From Desulfocapsa sulfexigens DSM 10523 (lineage in GTDB: Bacteria; Desulfobacterota; Desulfobulbia; Desulfobulbales; Desulfocapsaceae), in contig NC_020304.1 in the NCBI RefSeq assembly GCF_000341395.1, positions 2,550,001 through 2,582,000 on the forward strand: 32,000 bases of DNA. The letters run 5' to 3'. The translations under genes were made by a program, and so were the position numbers. The notes beneath the pieces were generated by a model that was not told the origin of the DNA, made no database searches, and saw nothing but the letters and a program-made list of their open reading frames with translations. Below, one piece after another: positions 8,041 to 16,834 of this stretch; position 1 is the first letter of the stretch, and each line of letters starts with the position of its first letter.

Positions 8041-10428
8041 ATGACACAGTCAAGACGTGAATTTCTGAAACGAACTGCAGCACTGAGTGCGGCGGCCTAT
8101 GTTGGAGTGACCCTGCCTTTTGACGAAAAAGGACTGGTATATGCAGCCAGTGAAACTGTCTGGCACCGCGGATCATGCAGACTTTGTGGTGTGGGATGCA
8201 GGGTTGAACTGGGGGTAAAGAATGGAACCCCCGTTGCCCTTCGTGGAGTACCCGAGTCACGAACTAATTTTGGTTATGTATGTATGAAGGGGATGCACTT
8301 TTGGAAGGTGATGAACCATGCCGACCGACTGACAACTCCTCTCTATCGAGCCAGTAAAAAAGACAAATTCAAACCTATATCCTGGGATGAGGCACTTGAT
8401 ATCGCCGCAGATAAATTTGCTACTGCGGTCAAGGAACATGGAAACGATTCCGTGGCCTACTACGGATCAGGCCAGGCCCTTACCGAAGAAACGTATTTCT
8501 TCCAGAAAATGTTTCGCGGAGGGCTGCAGACGAATAATGTTGAAGGTAACCCAAGGCTCTGTATGGCCAGTGCCGTTGGTGGTTATCTGACCTCCTTTGG
8601 TGCTGATGAGCCGATAGGTGGCTATGCCGATATTGAAAAAGCGGATTGTATCTTTATTATTGGATCCAATATGGCTGAGGCGCATCCCGTTGTTTTCCGG
8701 CGGGTGATGAGAAGAAAACTGGATAACCCGGACGTTACTGTCATTAACGCTGATCCCCGTATTTCCCTTACTTCCCGTATTGCCGATATCCATCTGCAGT
8801 TCCATCCGGGAACCGATCTTGCCCTGTTAAATGCCATGGCCCATGTCATTGTTAAAGAGAAGCTGTACGATGAAGCTTTTCTCAAGGACTACGTAGCGAT
8901 TAAAAAGGGGAAGGCCGTTTCCATCGACTTTGCGGAATATGAGCAGTTTCTGGAGAAGTATACTCCTGAATACGCTGCAAAGATCATGGGAGGGAAGGTG
9001 ACTCCCGATCAGATTCGTGAGGTTGCACGAAGGTTTGCCACTTCCAAGGGGACATTAAGTTTCTGGACCATGGGGCTGAATCAGCGAAAACAGGGGGTTT
9101 GGGCAAACAATCTGGTACACAATCTCCATATTCTTACAGGTCAGCTCTTAAAAGAGGGAGCAGACAGCCTTTCACTTACCGGCCAGCCAAATGCCTGCGG
9201 TGGTGTTCGAGAAGGTGGCGGACTCTGTCATATCCTGCCAGGACACCGTCTGGTGGCAAAAGAAAAACTGCGCAACCAGGTAGAAGAGGCCTGGGGTATT
9301 CCCAAGGGGCGCATACCACCCAAACCCGGTTATCACACCATGGCCATGTTCACCGCGGTGAATGAGAAAAAAATAAAGGCAATGTGGGTACATTGTACCA
9401 GTCCGGTACAGAGTCTGCCAAACTGTAACCTCTATAACGAGGGAATGGCTAAAGATGATTGTTTTATGGTTTGTACCGATATCTTTCCCACTCTGACCAC
9501 GGAGCTTGCAGCAAACCTCATTCTGCCCACTGCGTTTCATTTTGAGAAAACCGGAGTATATGGCTGCACTGAGCGACGATCTCAGATCACACGCAAGGCC
9601 ATAGATCCACCAAAAGGTGCCAAGCCTGAGGTCTGGATTATCAGGGAGTGGGGCAGGAAGCTCGCCGAGAAACTGAACGACCCGGTCATTGCCCAGTGTA
9701 TAAAACCCTTTGAGGGGCTTGAAGAAGGTTATGAACTTCCCAAAGCTATCTGGGATGAGTATTCACAGAAGCTTACCAAGGGGCGTGATAATGATCTGCG
9801 TGGTGCAAGCTATGAGGTGTTGGAGCAGATGTACGATGGAGTGCAGTGGCCAGCCCCGACAGAGGCGTTTGCCCTCACTGGCGGTACTGTGAAGAAATTT
9901 GTCCGTGGCATGGACCCCATGGCTGACAGCCATGGTAAGGATGATAAGCCGTATCAGTTTTATGGCCCGGCCCACCCGGATCAGAAACTCTGGTTGTGGC
10001 AGCGTCCACAGGCCGATCCTGAAGAGATTCCAGACGCGGAATATCCTTTCTATCTCTCCACGGGGCGCATTATTGACCACTGGCACACCATGAGTATGAC
10101 CGGGAGAGTCAAAGAGTTGCTGCGTGCCAACCCCTATTCCTATATTGAGGTTAATCCTGCAGATGCCAAACGCATGGGAATCAAACCGGGAGATATGGTG
10201 GAGATTACCTCCAGGCGTGGAACCAATATCATGCCGGCCAAGGTGTATGAAGGCCCCATTGAGGGAATGGTCTTTGCTTACTGGCATGATCAGCATCCGG
10301 ATCGGATGATTAATAAGGTCACTAAAGATGCCTATGATCCCGGATCCAAGGAGCCTGAATTTAAGATCTGTGCCTGCAGGATCAAGAGAGTTTCCGGTCC
10401 TAAGGCCCTGAAACCCTATATTGTCTGA
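8041..10428 (+). CDS. napA: Periplasmic nitrate reductase catalytic subunit (molybdopterin oxidoreductase)
   Basis: Tat motif SRREFLK; N-terminal CRLCGVGCRV...YVCMKG FeS motif; NPRLCMASAVGGY with candidate Mo-ligand Cys; GSNMAEAHPV; GCTERRSQ. Followed by napD, napG and napH. Confidence 0.88.
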   Translation: MTQSRREFLKRTAALSAAAYVGVTLPFDEKGLVYAASETVWHRGSCRLCGVGCRVELGVKNGTPVALRGVPESRTNFGYVCMKGMHFWKVMNHADRLTTPLYRASKKDKFKPISWDEALDIAADKFATAVKEHGNDSVAYYGSGQALTEETYFFQKMFRGGLQTNNVEGNPRLCMASAVGGYLTSFGADEPIGGYADIEKADCIFIIGSNMAEAHPVVFRRVMRRKLDNPDVTVINADPRISLTSRIADIHLQFHPGTDLALLNAMAHVIVKEKLYDEAFLKDYVAIKKGKAVSIDFAEYEQFLEKYTPEYAAKIMGGKVTPDQIREVARRFATSKGTLSFWTMGLNQRKQGVWANNLVHNLHILTGQLLKEGADSLSLTGQPNACGGVREGGGLCHILPGHRLVAKEKLRNQVEEAWGIPKGRIPPKPGYHTMAMFTAVNEKKIKAMWVHCTSPVQSLPNCNLYNEGMAKDDCFMVCTDIFPTLTTELAANLILPTAFHFEKTGVYGCTERRSQITRKAIDPPKGAKPEVWIIREWGRKLAEKLNDPVIAQCIKPFEGLEEGYELPKAIWDEYSQKLTKGRDNDLRGASYEVLEQMYDGVQWPAPTEAFALTGGTVKKFVRGMDPMADSHGKDDKPYQFYGPAHPDQKLWLWQRPQADPEEIPDAEYPFYLSTGRIIDHWHTMSMTGRVKELLRANPYSYIEVNPADAKRMGIKPGDMVEITSRRGTNIMPAKVYEGPIEGMVFAYWHDQHPDRMINKVTKDAYDPGSKEPEFKICACRIKRVSGPKALKPYIV

Positions 10429-10448
10429 TCAATACCTTATCCTTAACA

Positions 10449-10487
10449 CAAGGCTGTCTCCCTGAAACCTTCAGGGAGACAGCTTGT
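10449..10487 (+). repeat. Strong intercistronic hairpin between napA and napD
   Basis: GCTGTCTCCCTGAA (10453-10466) - ACC - TTCAGGGAGACAGC (10470-10483): 14 bp perfect. Extendable by ACAA/TTGT with a one-base bulge. Confidence 0.85.
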
Positions 10488-10508
10488 ATCCAGTTCGAGA
10501 GGAATTCT

Positions 10509-10823
10509 ATGGTAATTGGTGGTTTTGTCGTGCAAACGCTGCCCGGAGAACGCAATGTGATTGTGGAAAAACTGACATCTCTGCAGGGGGTTGAGGTGTA
10601 TGGTGCTGATAAGAAAGGAAATATTGTAACCGTGGTTGAGGCCGACTCCTCTGATGCTCTGGGGGAGGTGGTCAAGTTGATGGAAAAGCTGGACGATGTT
10701 CTTAATGTGGGGATGACCTACATGAACATGGAAGACGAAGCTGAACAGATTGCCAGTGGTGAAAGTACTCCCGGAGTGTTTACAGGGAGGAAACAAAAAC
10801 AGGCCTCCTTTGAAGCGTCGTGA
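10509..10823 (+). CDS. napD: NapD-family chaperone for NapA
   Basis: 104 aa, IGGFVVQTLPGERNVIVEKLTSLQGVEVYGADKKGNIVTVVE is NapD-like; position right after napA. Confidence 0.85.
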   Translation: MVIGGFVVQTLPGERNVIVEKLTSLQGVEVYGADKKGNIVTVVEADSSDALGEVVKLMEKLDDVLNVGMTYMNMEDEAEQIASGESTPGVFTGRKQKQASFEAS

Positions 10824-11406
10824 ATTTATAAAAATAGCTACCGGCGCTTTTTCTGCGACGGTTCTCCTCCCTGCAGCTGCCAGAGCCTGGAGTCTGGTGA
10901 AATCCCCGGTTGGGACTAACAGGCTGCGTCCTCCTGGAGCGGTTCCGGAAGAAATATTTGCCGGTAAGTGTATCCGCTGCGGGCGTTGTGTGGAGGTTTG
11001 TCCTTACCGTTCAATCGCCCTCCTTGACATTCGATCCGGTATTTATGCCGGAACACCAATTATTGCAGCGGAAAAGATCCCCTGTTACCTCTGTATGAAG
11101 TGCGTGGAGGTCTGTCCCACCGGTACCCTTCTGAAAGTCCGGCAGGATGAGACCCGTATGGGAATGGCTGTTGTGAATAAGCATACCTGTTACAGCTGGC
11201 AGAGCCTCACCATATGCAGAACCTGTTTTGATGTCTGCCCATATAAAGAAAAGGCCATCAGCCTGGATCAGTTACGTCCTGTTGTGCTGGAGGATTTCTG
11301 CGTGGGATGCGGAATTTGTACACATGCCTGTCCGGTGACAGCAGAAGATGGAGAAAAGGCAATTACCATTGAACCCATCTATGCCCGGGAGCGTGTGCAA
11401 TGGTAG
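10750..11406 (+). CDS. napG: Ferredoxin-type protein NapG
   Basis: Tat motif KRREFIKIATG; motifs CIRCGRCVEVCP, CYLCMKCVEVCP, CRTCFDVCP, CVGCGICTHACP. The track start is TTG at 10750; the true start may be TTG at 10810. Confidence 0.85.
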   Translation: MPVVKVLPECLQGGNKNRPPLKRREFIKIATGAFSATVLLPAAARAWSLVKSPVGTNRLRPPGAVPEEIFAGKCIRCGRCVEVCPYRSIALLDIRSGIYAGTPIIAAEKIPCYLCMKCVEVCPTGTLLKVRQDETRMGMAVVNKHTCYSWQSLTICRTCFDVCPYKEKAISLDQLRPVVLEDFCVGCGICTHACPVTAEDGEKAITIEPIYARERVQW

Positions 11407-12239
11407 AAAAAAAGAAGAACAGGATCCATGTAATACGTTTTCTGGTTCTAACCGGGGCGTTTCTTCTTATCCTGGTCAATCCATTTCTCAACTATTACCT
11501 GCAAATAAATTTTATCCAGGGATGGTATCAGTCCTTTGGAATCGGGAACCTCTGGTTTGTGTCACCTCTGGAAGGCCTGGAAAGTCTCCTGGTTACAAAA
11601 CATCTTTTCCTTCCCACCCTCATCGGTATGCTGCTTCCAGTATGTCTCGCTGCCTTACTCGGGTCGGTGTACTGCAGCTGGCTCTGTCCCATTAGTTTTT
11701 TTCATGAAATTCTCGATTTTCTGCGCAGGAAGGTGACCCGTAAAAAACGGCTCAGGGATAGAATGGTCCTTTCACGTCGTATTCTCTGGTACGCCCTGAT
11801 AGCCGAAATTTTGCTGACTCTCATTCTTGCGGCTCCCATATTCGTTTTTATGTCGCCGCCAGGCCTTGTGGGGCGTGAGATAATGATCGCCGTTTTTTTT
11901 CACACTCTGGCCCTGGAGGGGATTATCATTCTTTTTGTTCTTATGATGAACCTGGTAACTAGGAGATTTTACTGTCGTTATCTCTGTCCTCTGGGGGCTA
12001 CTCTAAATATCATTGGCAGCAGGAGGAAGCTGCGGGTTGTTCAGGATCTCCAGGCCTGCACAGCCTGTAGTCGGTGTGATCAGATCTGTCCTCTGGGGCT
12101 GACTCCATCCCTGGGTATGGCGGAGTCTATCTATTGCTGGAACTGCGGAGAGTGCACAACGGTCTGTCAACCAGGTGCTCTTATGTACCACTGGGGAGAA
12201 AAGGTCGTTCTTGAGCAGGTAAAGCCAGACTCTTTGTAA
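11400..12239 (+). CDS. napH: Quinol dehydrogenase membrane component NapH
   Basis: Multiple TM helices with CSWLCPISFFHE, CRYLCPLGA, CTACSRCDQICP and CWNCGECTTVCQPGA motifs; overlaps the napG stop. Confidence 0.87.
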   Translation: MVEKKKNRIHVIRFLVLTGAFLLILVNPFLNYYLQINFIQGWYQSFGIGNLWFVSPLEGLESLLVTKHLFLPTLIGMLLPVCLAALLGSVYCSWLCPISFFHEILDFLRRKVTRKKRLRDRMVLSRRILWYALIAEILLTLILAAPIFVFMSPPGLVGREIMIAVFFHTLALEGIIILFVLMMNLVTRRFYCRYLCPLGATLNIIGSRRKLRVVQDLQACTACSRCDQICPLGLTPSLGMAESIYCWNCGECTTVCQPGALMYHWGEKVVLEQVKPDSL

Positions 12240-12257
12240 GACTGGGGACTTCTTTTT

Positions 12258-12605
12258 TCACTGTACCTTCATTGTATCTTCTTCATCAATAAAGTGGTGG
12301 AGTTTGTGTGCCTTTTCTTTTTCCTGTATCATTTTCCGTGCTTCATCTTCACTGATATCAAGATTTCTGGCCAGATCTTCCACACGGTAGCAGGGTTGTC
12401 CATCCGGGGCGTATCCTTTAGCCTGTAAATCCGGGAAACATTCATGGGTTGCTGTACCGGAGGAGGCGAGAAGTATTTCGCGTACATCATCAGGGCCGTA
12501 AAGAATAAGCCACTCAACTGCCTCTGCCCAGAGTCTGGCATCCACGGTCTGATGCTTTAGTACTTTCATTGCCGATGCAAGATCCCATTCGTCCTTTAGT
12601 TCCAT
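12258..12605 (-). CDS. Hypothetical protein
   Basis: 115 aa ORF on the opposite strand with coherent composition; no family recognised. Confidence 0.6.
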   Translation of the reverse strand: MELKDEWDLASAMKVLKHQTVDARLWAEAVEWLILYGPDDVREILLASSGTATHECFPDLQAKGYAPDGQPCYRVEDLARNLDISEDEARKMIQEKEKAHKLHHFIDEEDTMKVQ

Positions 12606-12708
12606 ACTTTCTCTTTCTCCATGATTTTTTCTTTTTTCTGCGACTTTGTTATACTATAATTCCATTATACAAAGATGCAACACACTCGGGTATGACAAAG
12701 GAGAGGAT

Positions 12709-13839
12709 ATGAACCAGTTTGACAGTGCAGTCTTTCTTGAGAATATTGAATGGTTTGATGAGACAGGTGAAGAGCTGGTCCATCGTCTTCCGGAAACCGG
12801 ATCAGGGGAAATTAAGTGGGGTGCCCAACTTACAGTTCGTGAAAGTCAGGCCGCCGTTCTCTTTTATAAGGGAAAGGCCTGTGATGCTTTTGCTGCAGGG
12901 CGTCACACCCTGAAAACCGGAAACCTGCCAATTCTCACTAAAATTCTATCCATCCCATGGCGCGGTAACAGCCCCTTACGGGCTGAAGTGTATATGGTAA
13001 ATTTGAAATATTTCACTAACCTGAAATGGGGAACCATGAGCCCCGTGGCATTCAAGGATAGTGAACTAGGGCTGATTCGGCTTCGGGCTCACGGTGTCTT
13101 TAATATTCAGATTGTCCAGCCGGTGCTGTTTATCAATTCACTGGTTGGAACCATGGGAAAACTGACCACCGATGATATTGCCGGTTATCTCAAGCAAGTG
13201 ATAGTGTCACGTTTTAATGATTATCTTGGTGAGACACTTGATACCATCCTTGACCTCGCCGGACAGTTTGATGAGCTCTCCATTGAACTTCAAAAACGGC
13301 TGGTGGGTGATTTTTCTCACTTCGGGCTTCATCTGAGCCACCTCTATATTACCTCAATCACTCCACCGGAGGAAGTCCAGAAGGCAATCGATGACAAGAG
13401 CAGGCTCAATGTTATTGATGACATGGAGAAGTTTGTGAAAATGAAGGCAGCCATGGCCATGGAGAAGGCAGCTGAAAATCAGGGTGAGGCCGGGGCAGGT
13501 ATGGGGCTTGGTATGGGGATGATGATGCCGGCGATGTTTGCTGCAGGATCCGTTTCCTCAACTGCAGCGCCGGAAGAGACAGTTCTTGGGAAGATTGTCT
13601 GTCCCGATTGTCAGAACAGAATTCCAGCTGATGCCCGGTTCTGTCCGCTTTGCGGGCATCAGCAACTTGTGTTCAGTCAGTGCGTTAACTGTGGGAAAAA
13701 CATGGCACCCAATGCCAAATTCTGTTCTAAGTGTGGTCATTCGGCGAGTGAAAAGCCAAGGGCTGTTGTCTGTCCAAAGTGCCATGAGAAAAACATCCCG
13801 GGGGCGACCTACTGCAACCAATGCGGCCATCGACTGTAA
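12709..13839 (+). CDS. SPFH/band-7-like domain protein with C-terminal double zinc ribbons (YdjI-type 'virion core' family)
   Basis: ATG at 12709 after GGAG; SPFH-like body; Met/Gly-rich linker; CPDCQNRIPADARFCPLCG, CVNCGKNMAPNAKFCSKCG, CPKCHEKNIPGATYCNQCG. The track ORF starts upstream at 12646. Confidence 0.7.
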   Translation: MNQFDSAVFLENIEWFDETGEELVHRLPETGSGEIKWGAQLTVRESQAAVLFYKGKACDAFAAGRHTLKTGNLPILTKILSIPWRGNSPLRAEVYMVNLKYFTNLKWGTMSPVAFKDSELGLIRLRAHGVFNIQIVQPVLFINSLVGTMGKLTTDDIAGYLKQVIVSRFNDYLGETLDTILDLAGQFDELSIELQKRLVGDFSHFGLHLSHLYITSITPPEEVQKAIDDKSRLNVIDDMEKFVKMKAAMAMEKAAENQGEAGAGMGLGMGMMMPAMFAAGSVSSTAAPEETVLGKIVCPDCQNRIPADARFCPLCGHQQLVFSQCVNCGKNMAPNAKFCSKCGHSASEKPRAVVCPKCHEKNIPGATYCNQCGHRL

Positions 13840-13991
13840 ATGGTTCCAGGCACCACATCTCTGCGTGATTTGTCCTTGCTGCAGAGGAAAAACTTTTGTG
13901 GCAAAAAACGATCAAGTGAACCTGCAGCACCTGAAACGATTTACTGCTCATTTTTTCTCAAACATCAAACCGCCTTTCGCGAATTTATATC

Positions 13992-15239
13992 ATGGATCTG
14001 ACAATCCATCAAAACTGCCCTTCCTGTGGTGCCCCTATAGAACTTCACGAAGCAGACCGGCTGATTCGTTGTCCTTATTGTGAGGTGAAAAACTTTATGG
14101 TAAGCCGGGGAGTGCTCCGCTTTGTTCTCCCTGACAGGGCGCCGGAGAATATTGAACGCAGTGAAATGTTTTATGCGCCCTATCTCCGCTTTAAAGGCAA
14201 TATCTACTATTGCAAAGGAAAACATCAGAAATACAAGGTCGTTGATACTACTCAGCAGGGAATGAATGCCAGAGCCTTACCGCCTTCTCTTGGTCTGAGA
14301 CCACAGGCAATGCCGGTTTCTTTGGTGACTGAAGAGATACAAGGTACTTTCCTCCGTCAGACTGTGAAGGCTAAAACACTCCTTGAACGGGCAGCACTGC
14401 TCACAGTGATTGATTCCGAAAAGATTAAAGCTCCCTTTTATCATCGGGCCTATATTGGCGAATCCTTGAGCTGTATTTATCTGCCTTTGTATATTAAGGA
14501 TGAGATCCTCTATGATGCTGTGACCAATAAACCCCTGGCAAGTGGTGGATCTGCCGAAAATATGCGAAAGAGCGGGAGTGGCTATCATCCAACCTGGACA
14601 CCGCATTTTCTCGCCACTCTTTGTCCACAATGTGGAGATGCACTCACGGGAGAGCATGACAGTTTGATTCTTTCCTGCCACAACTGTCATTCTTCCTGGG
14701 CCGAACAACAGGGGAAATTTCATTCCATTGATTGGAGTTGCGTTGTTTCAGCGGAGACTTCTATGTATTATCTTCCGTTCTGGAAAATACGGGTGCGCTC
14801 AACAGCCTTTGGACTCGAAACATTTGCTGATTTTTTGCGAATAACCAACCAGCCGCTGGTAATTCAGGAAAAACATACAGAGATGGATCTTGTATTCTGG
14901 GTACCATCGTTTAAACTCAGGCCTTCAACATTTTTACGGATGGGGAAGAATATTACACTCAGGCAGGCAAAGATTCCAGATGGTGAACCAAAAATGGTAC
15001 AGAGGATGCATCCTGTTACCCTGCAGAGAAAAGAAGCTATCCAGTCCTTGAAGAGTATTCTGGCAGGTGCTGCTTTAAATAAAAAGAAACTCCTGCCGCT
15101 CCTTCCTGATTTGAGCTTTCAGCCAATGTCCACTGAATTGATATATCTGCCATTTTCTGATAAGGGACACGATTTTGTTCAGGAACAGACAGGGATCTCC
15201 CTGGCGAAATCGGTTCTCCACTTTGGCCGGAAACTGTGA
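13992..15239 (+). CDS. Uncharacterised zinc-ribbon protein
   Basis: N-terminal CPSCGAPIELHEADRLIRCPYC and internal CPQCGDAL...LSCHNCHSSW zinc-binding motifs; downstream of the SPFH gene. Confidence 0.7.
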   Translation: MDLTIHQNCPSCGAPIELHEADRLIRCPYCEVKNFMVSRGVLRFVLPDRAPENIERSEMFYAPYLRFKGNIYYCKGKHQKYKVVDTTQQGMNARALPPSLGLRPQAMPVSLVTEEIQGTFLRQTVKAKTLLERAALLTVIDSEKIKAPFYHRAYIGESLSCIYLPLYIKDEILYDAVTNKPLASGGSAENMRKSGSGYHPTWTPHFLATLCPQCGDALTGEHDSLILSCHNCHSSWAEQQGKFHSIDWSCVVSAETSMYYLPFWKIRVRSTAFGLETFADFLRITNQPLVIQEKHTEMDLVFWVPSFKLRPSTFLRMGKNITLRQAKIPDGEPKMVQRMHPVTLQRKEAIQSLKSILAGAALNKKKLLPLLPDLSFQPMSTELIYLPFSDKGHDFVQEQTGISLAKSVLHFGRKL

Positions 15240-15249
15240 GAATCTAAGC

Positions 15250-15756
15250 ATGAATCACGAAAAGTATATGCAAATTGCCTTGGATCAGGCAACGGAAGCT
15301 CTGAGGCAGGGCGAATTTCCTGTGGGTGCAATTCTGGTCGAGGGGGGCAGAGTTGTTGCAAGTGGACGGAGGATACATAGTCGAGGATTTGCTGCTGCAG
15401 TGAACGAAATTGACCATGCGGAAATTGTTGCCCTGCGTACCTTTCTCTCTCAGGGGCAAATTGTCAAACCGGGTGAGTTAGTGGTTTATTCTACCATGGA
15501 ACCGTGTCTTATGTGCTACTCCACCATGATACTCAATGGAATTCGACACATTGTCTACGCCTATGAAGATGTTATGGGGGGAGGCACTAATCTTCCACTC
15601 AAACAGTTGAATCCACTCTATGCTGAGATGGACGTTGTTATCACTCCGAATGTCCTTCGTGAGCAGAGTCTTGCACTGTTTCAGGAATTTTTTGCTAATC
15701 CCGAGAATACATACTGGAAGGATTCAATCCTTGCCAACTACACCCTGAACCAGTAA
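15250..15756 (+). CDS. Nucleoside/nucleotide deaminase (cytidine/deoxycytidylate deaminase superfamily)
   Basis: HAEIVAL and PCLMCYS zinc-binding motifs; ATG at 15250. Confidence 0.85.
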   Translation: MNHEKYMQIALDQATEALRQGEFPVGAILVEGGRVVASGRRIHSRGFAAAVNEIDHAEIVALRTFLSQGQIVKPGELVVYSTMEPCLMCYSTMILNGIRHIVYAYEDVMGGGTNLPLKQLNPLYAEMDVVITPNVLREQSLALFQEFFANPENTYWKDSILANYTLNQ

Positions 15757-15809
15757 CTTTGTTTATTAAACCTTCAGTCTTAATAGCTAATCCTTCTACA
15801 TAAAAAATC

Positions 15810-16826
15810 ATGACCTCAAAAGCTAATACCGTTGCCTTCCAAGCCGGCGAACGCAATATCTTTTTTCATATCCTTACCGCATGTAACCTTTCCTGTCGCC
15901 ACTGTTATATAAATACCAGTCAGCACGGGACAACCACTCTACCAAAAGAAACCATGCTGAAGTGGCTTGAACTTTTTGCCGATCCGAACAAAAAGTCCAA
16001 TGTGATCTTTCTGGGAGGTGAGCCTACCATGCACCCGGATCTTGCTGATGGTATAGCGAAAGCGAAAGAATTGGGAATGGCTGTAACGGTTGATTCCAAT
16101 GGGTATCTTTTTAACAATCTGCTGGAGAAGACAAGCCCGGATCTCCTTGATTATTTGAGTTTTAGTCTTGATGGGCCCGATCCTTCGGTGAATGATCCTA
16201 TTCGTGGTGAAGGTGTTTTTGAGGTATGTACTACCAATATGGGCAAAGCTGTGGCGGCTGGGTATAACGTTTCGGTGATTTACACGGTATCCAACCTGAA
16301 CATTGAGCATCTGCATCGCATGATACCACTACTTCAGGATATTGGAGTAAAACGTTTTTTTATTCAGGTAATCGGCTTGCGCGGGAATTCAGCCAAAACA
16401 AGCGCAGGGGAACAGGGGTGGCAGGTAAGCCCTGAACAATGGCTTGATGTCGTTCCCCGTGTCGCAATCCAGGCGGCCGAGGCTGGAATTCACGTAACCT
16501 TCCCAAAGGTTTTTCTTGACCCGAATGAAAAATTTGAGTGTGCCGGTCTTGTGACCGAAAATTTCTTTATTTTTCCAAATGGCCGGGTGTATCGTTGCCC
16601 GCTCTGTGAAGATCACCCGATTCATGCTCTTGAAATTAAAAATGAAACTCTGGTTCCCAATCAGAATATGAGACTGACGGAGGATAACTTCTTCCAGTTA
16701 AATATAGAAGAGGGTTGCGTTATGAACAGGCTTCTGCAGCCGGATACCATATCCTACGATGCGCAGGGGAAACCACTACACAGAATTTCCTGCTGTCTCC
16801 TGAAACAGGAAATATTGCCTGTGTAG
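15810..16826 (+). CDS. Radical SAM protein with Cys-rich C-terminal (SPASM/twitch-like) region
   Basis: CNLSCRHCY [4Fe-4S]-SAM motif, FLGGEPTMHPD, C-terminal CPLC, GCVMN and SCC cysteines. Confidence 0.87.
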   Translation: MTSKANTVAFQAGERNIFFHILTACNLSCRHCYINTSQHGTTTLPKETMLKWLELFADPNKKSNVIFLGGEPTMHPDLADGIAKAKELGMAVTVDSNGYLFNNLLEKTSPDLLDYLSFSLDGPDPSVNDPIRGEGVFEVCTTNMGKAVAAGYNVSVIYTVSNLNIEHLHRMIPLLQDIGVKRFFIQVIGLRGNSAKTSAGEQGWQVSPEQWLDVVPRVAIQAAEAGIHVTFPKVFLDPNEKFECAGLVTENFFIFPNGRVYRCPLCEDHPIHALEIKNETLVPNQNMRLTEDNFFQLNIEEGCVMNRLLQPDTISYDAQGKPLHRISCCLLKQEILPV

Positions 16827-16834
16827 CAGGGGGG

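Noticed and set aside
9763-10296. 177-aa antisense ORF inside napA
   Set aside because: Wholly internal to napA on the opposite strand with no independent support; typical GC-bias shadow ORF.
12258-12605. Toxin/antitoxin or defence role for the antisense hypothetical between napH and the SPFH gene
   Set aside because: A single gene with no partner and no recognisable toxin, antitoxin or nuclease motif; left as hypothetical.
12709-13839. Viral origin suggested by the 'virion core protein' family naming
   Set aside because: The name is a database legacy; no capsid, terminase or other viral genes are nearby, and the SPFH plus zinc-ribbon architecture is cellular.
13538-14083. 181-aa ORF overlapping the end of the SPFH gene and the start of the next gene
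   Set aside because: Overlaps two better-supported genes in another frame; its cysteine pairs are mostly the out-of-frame zinc-ribbon coding region.
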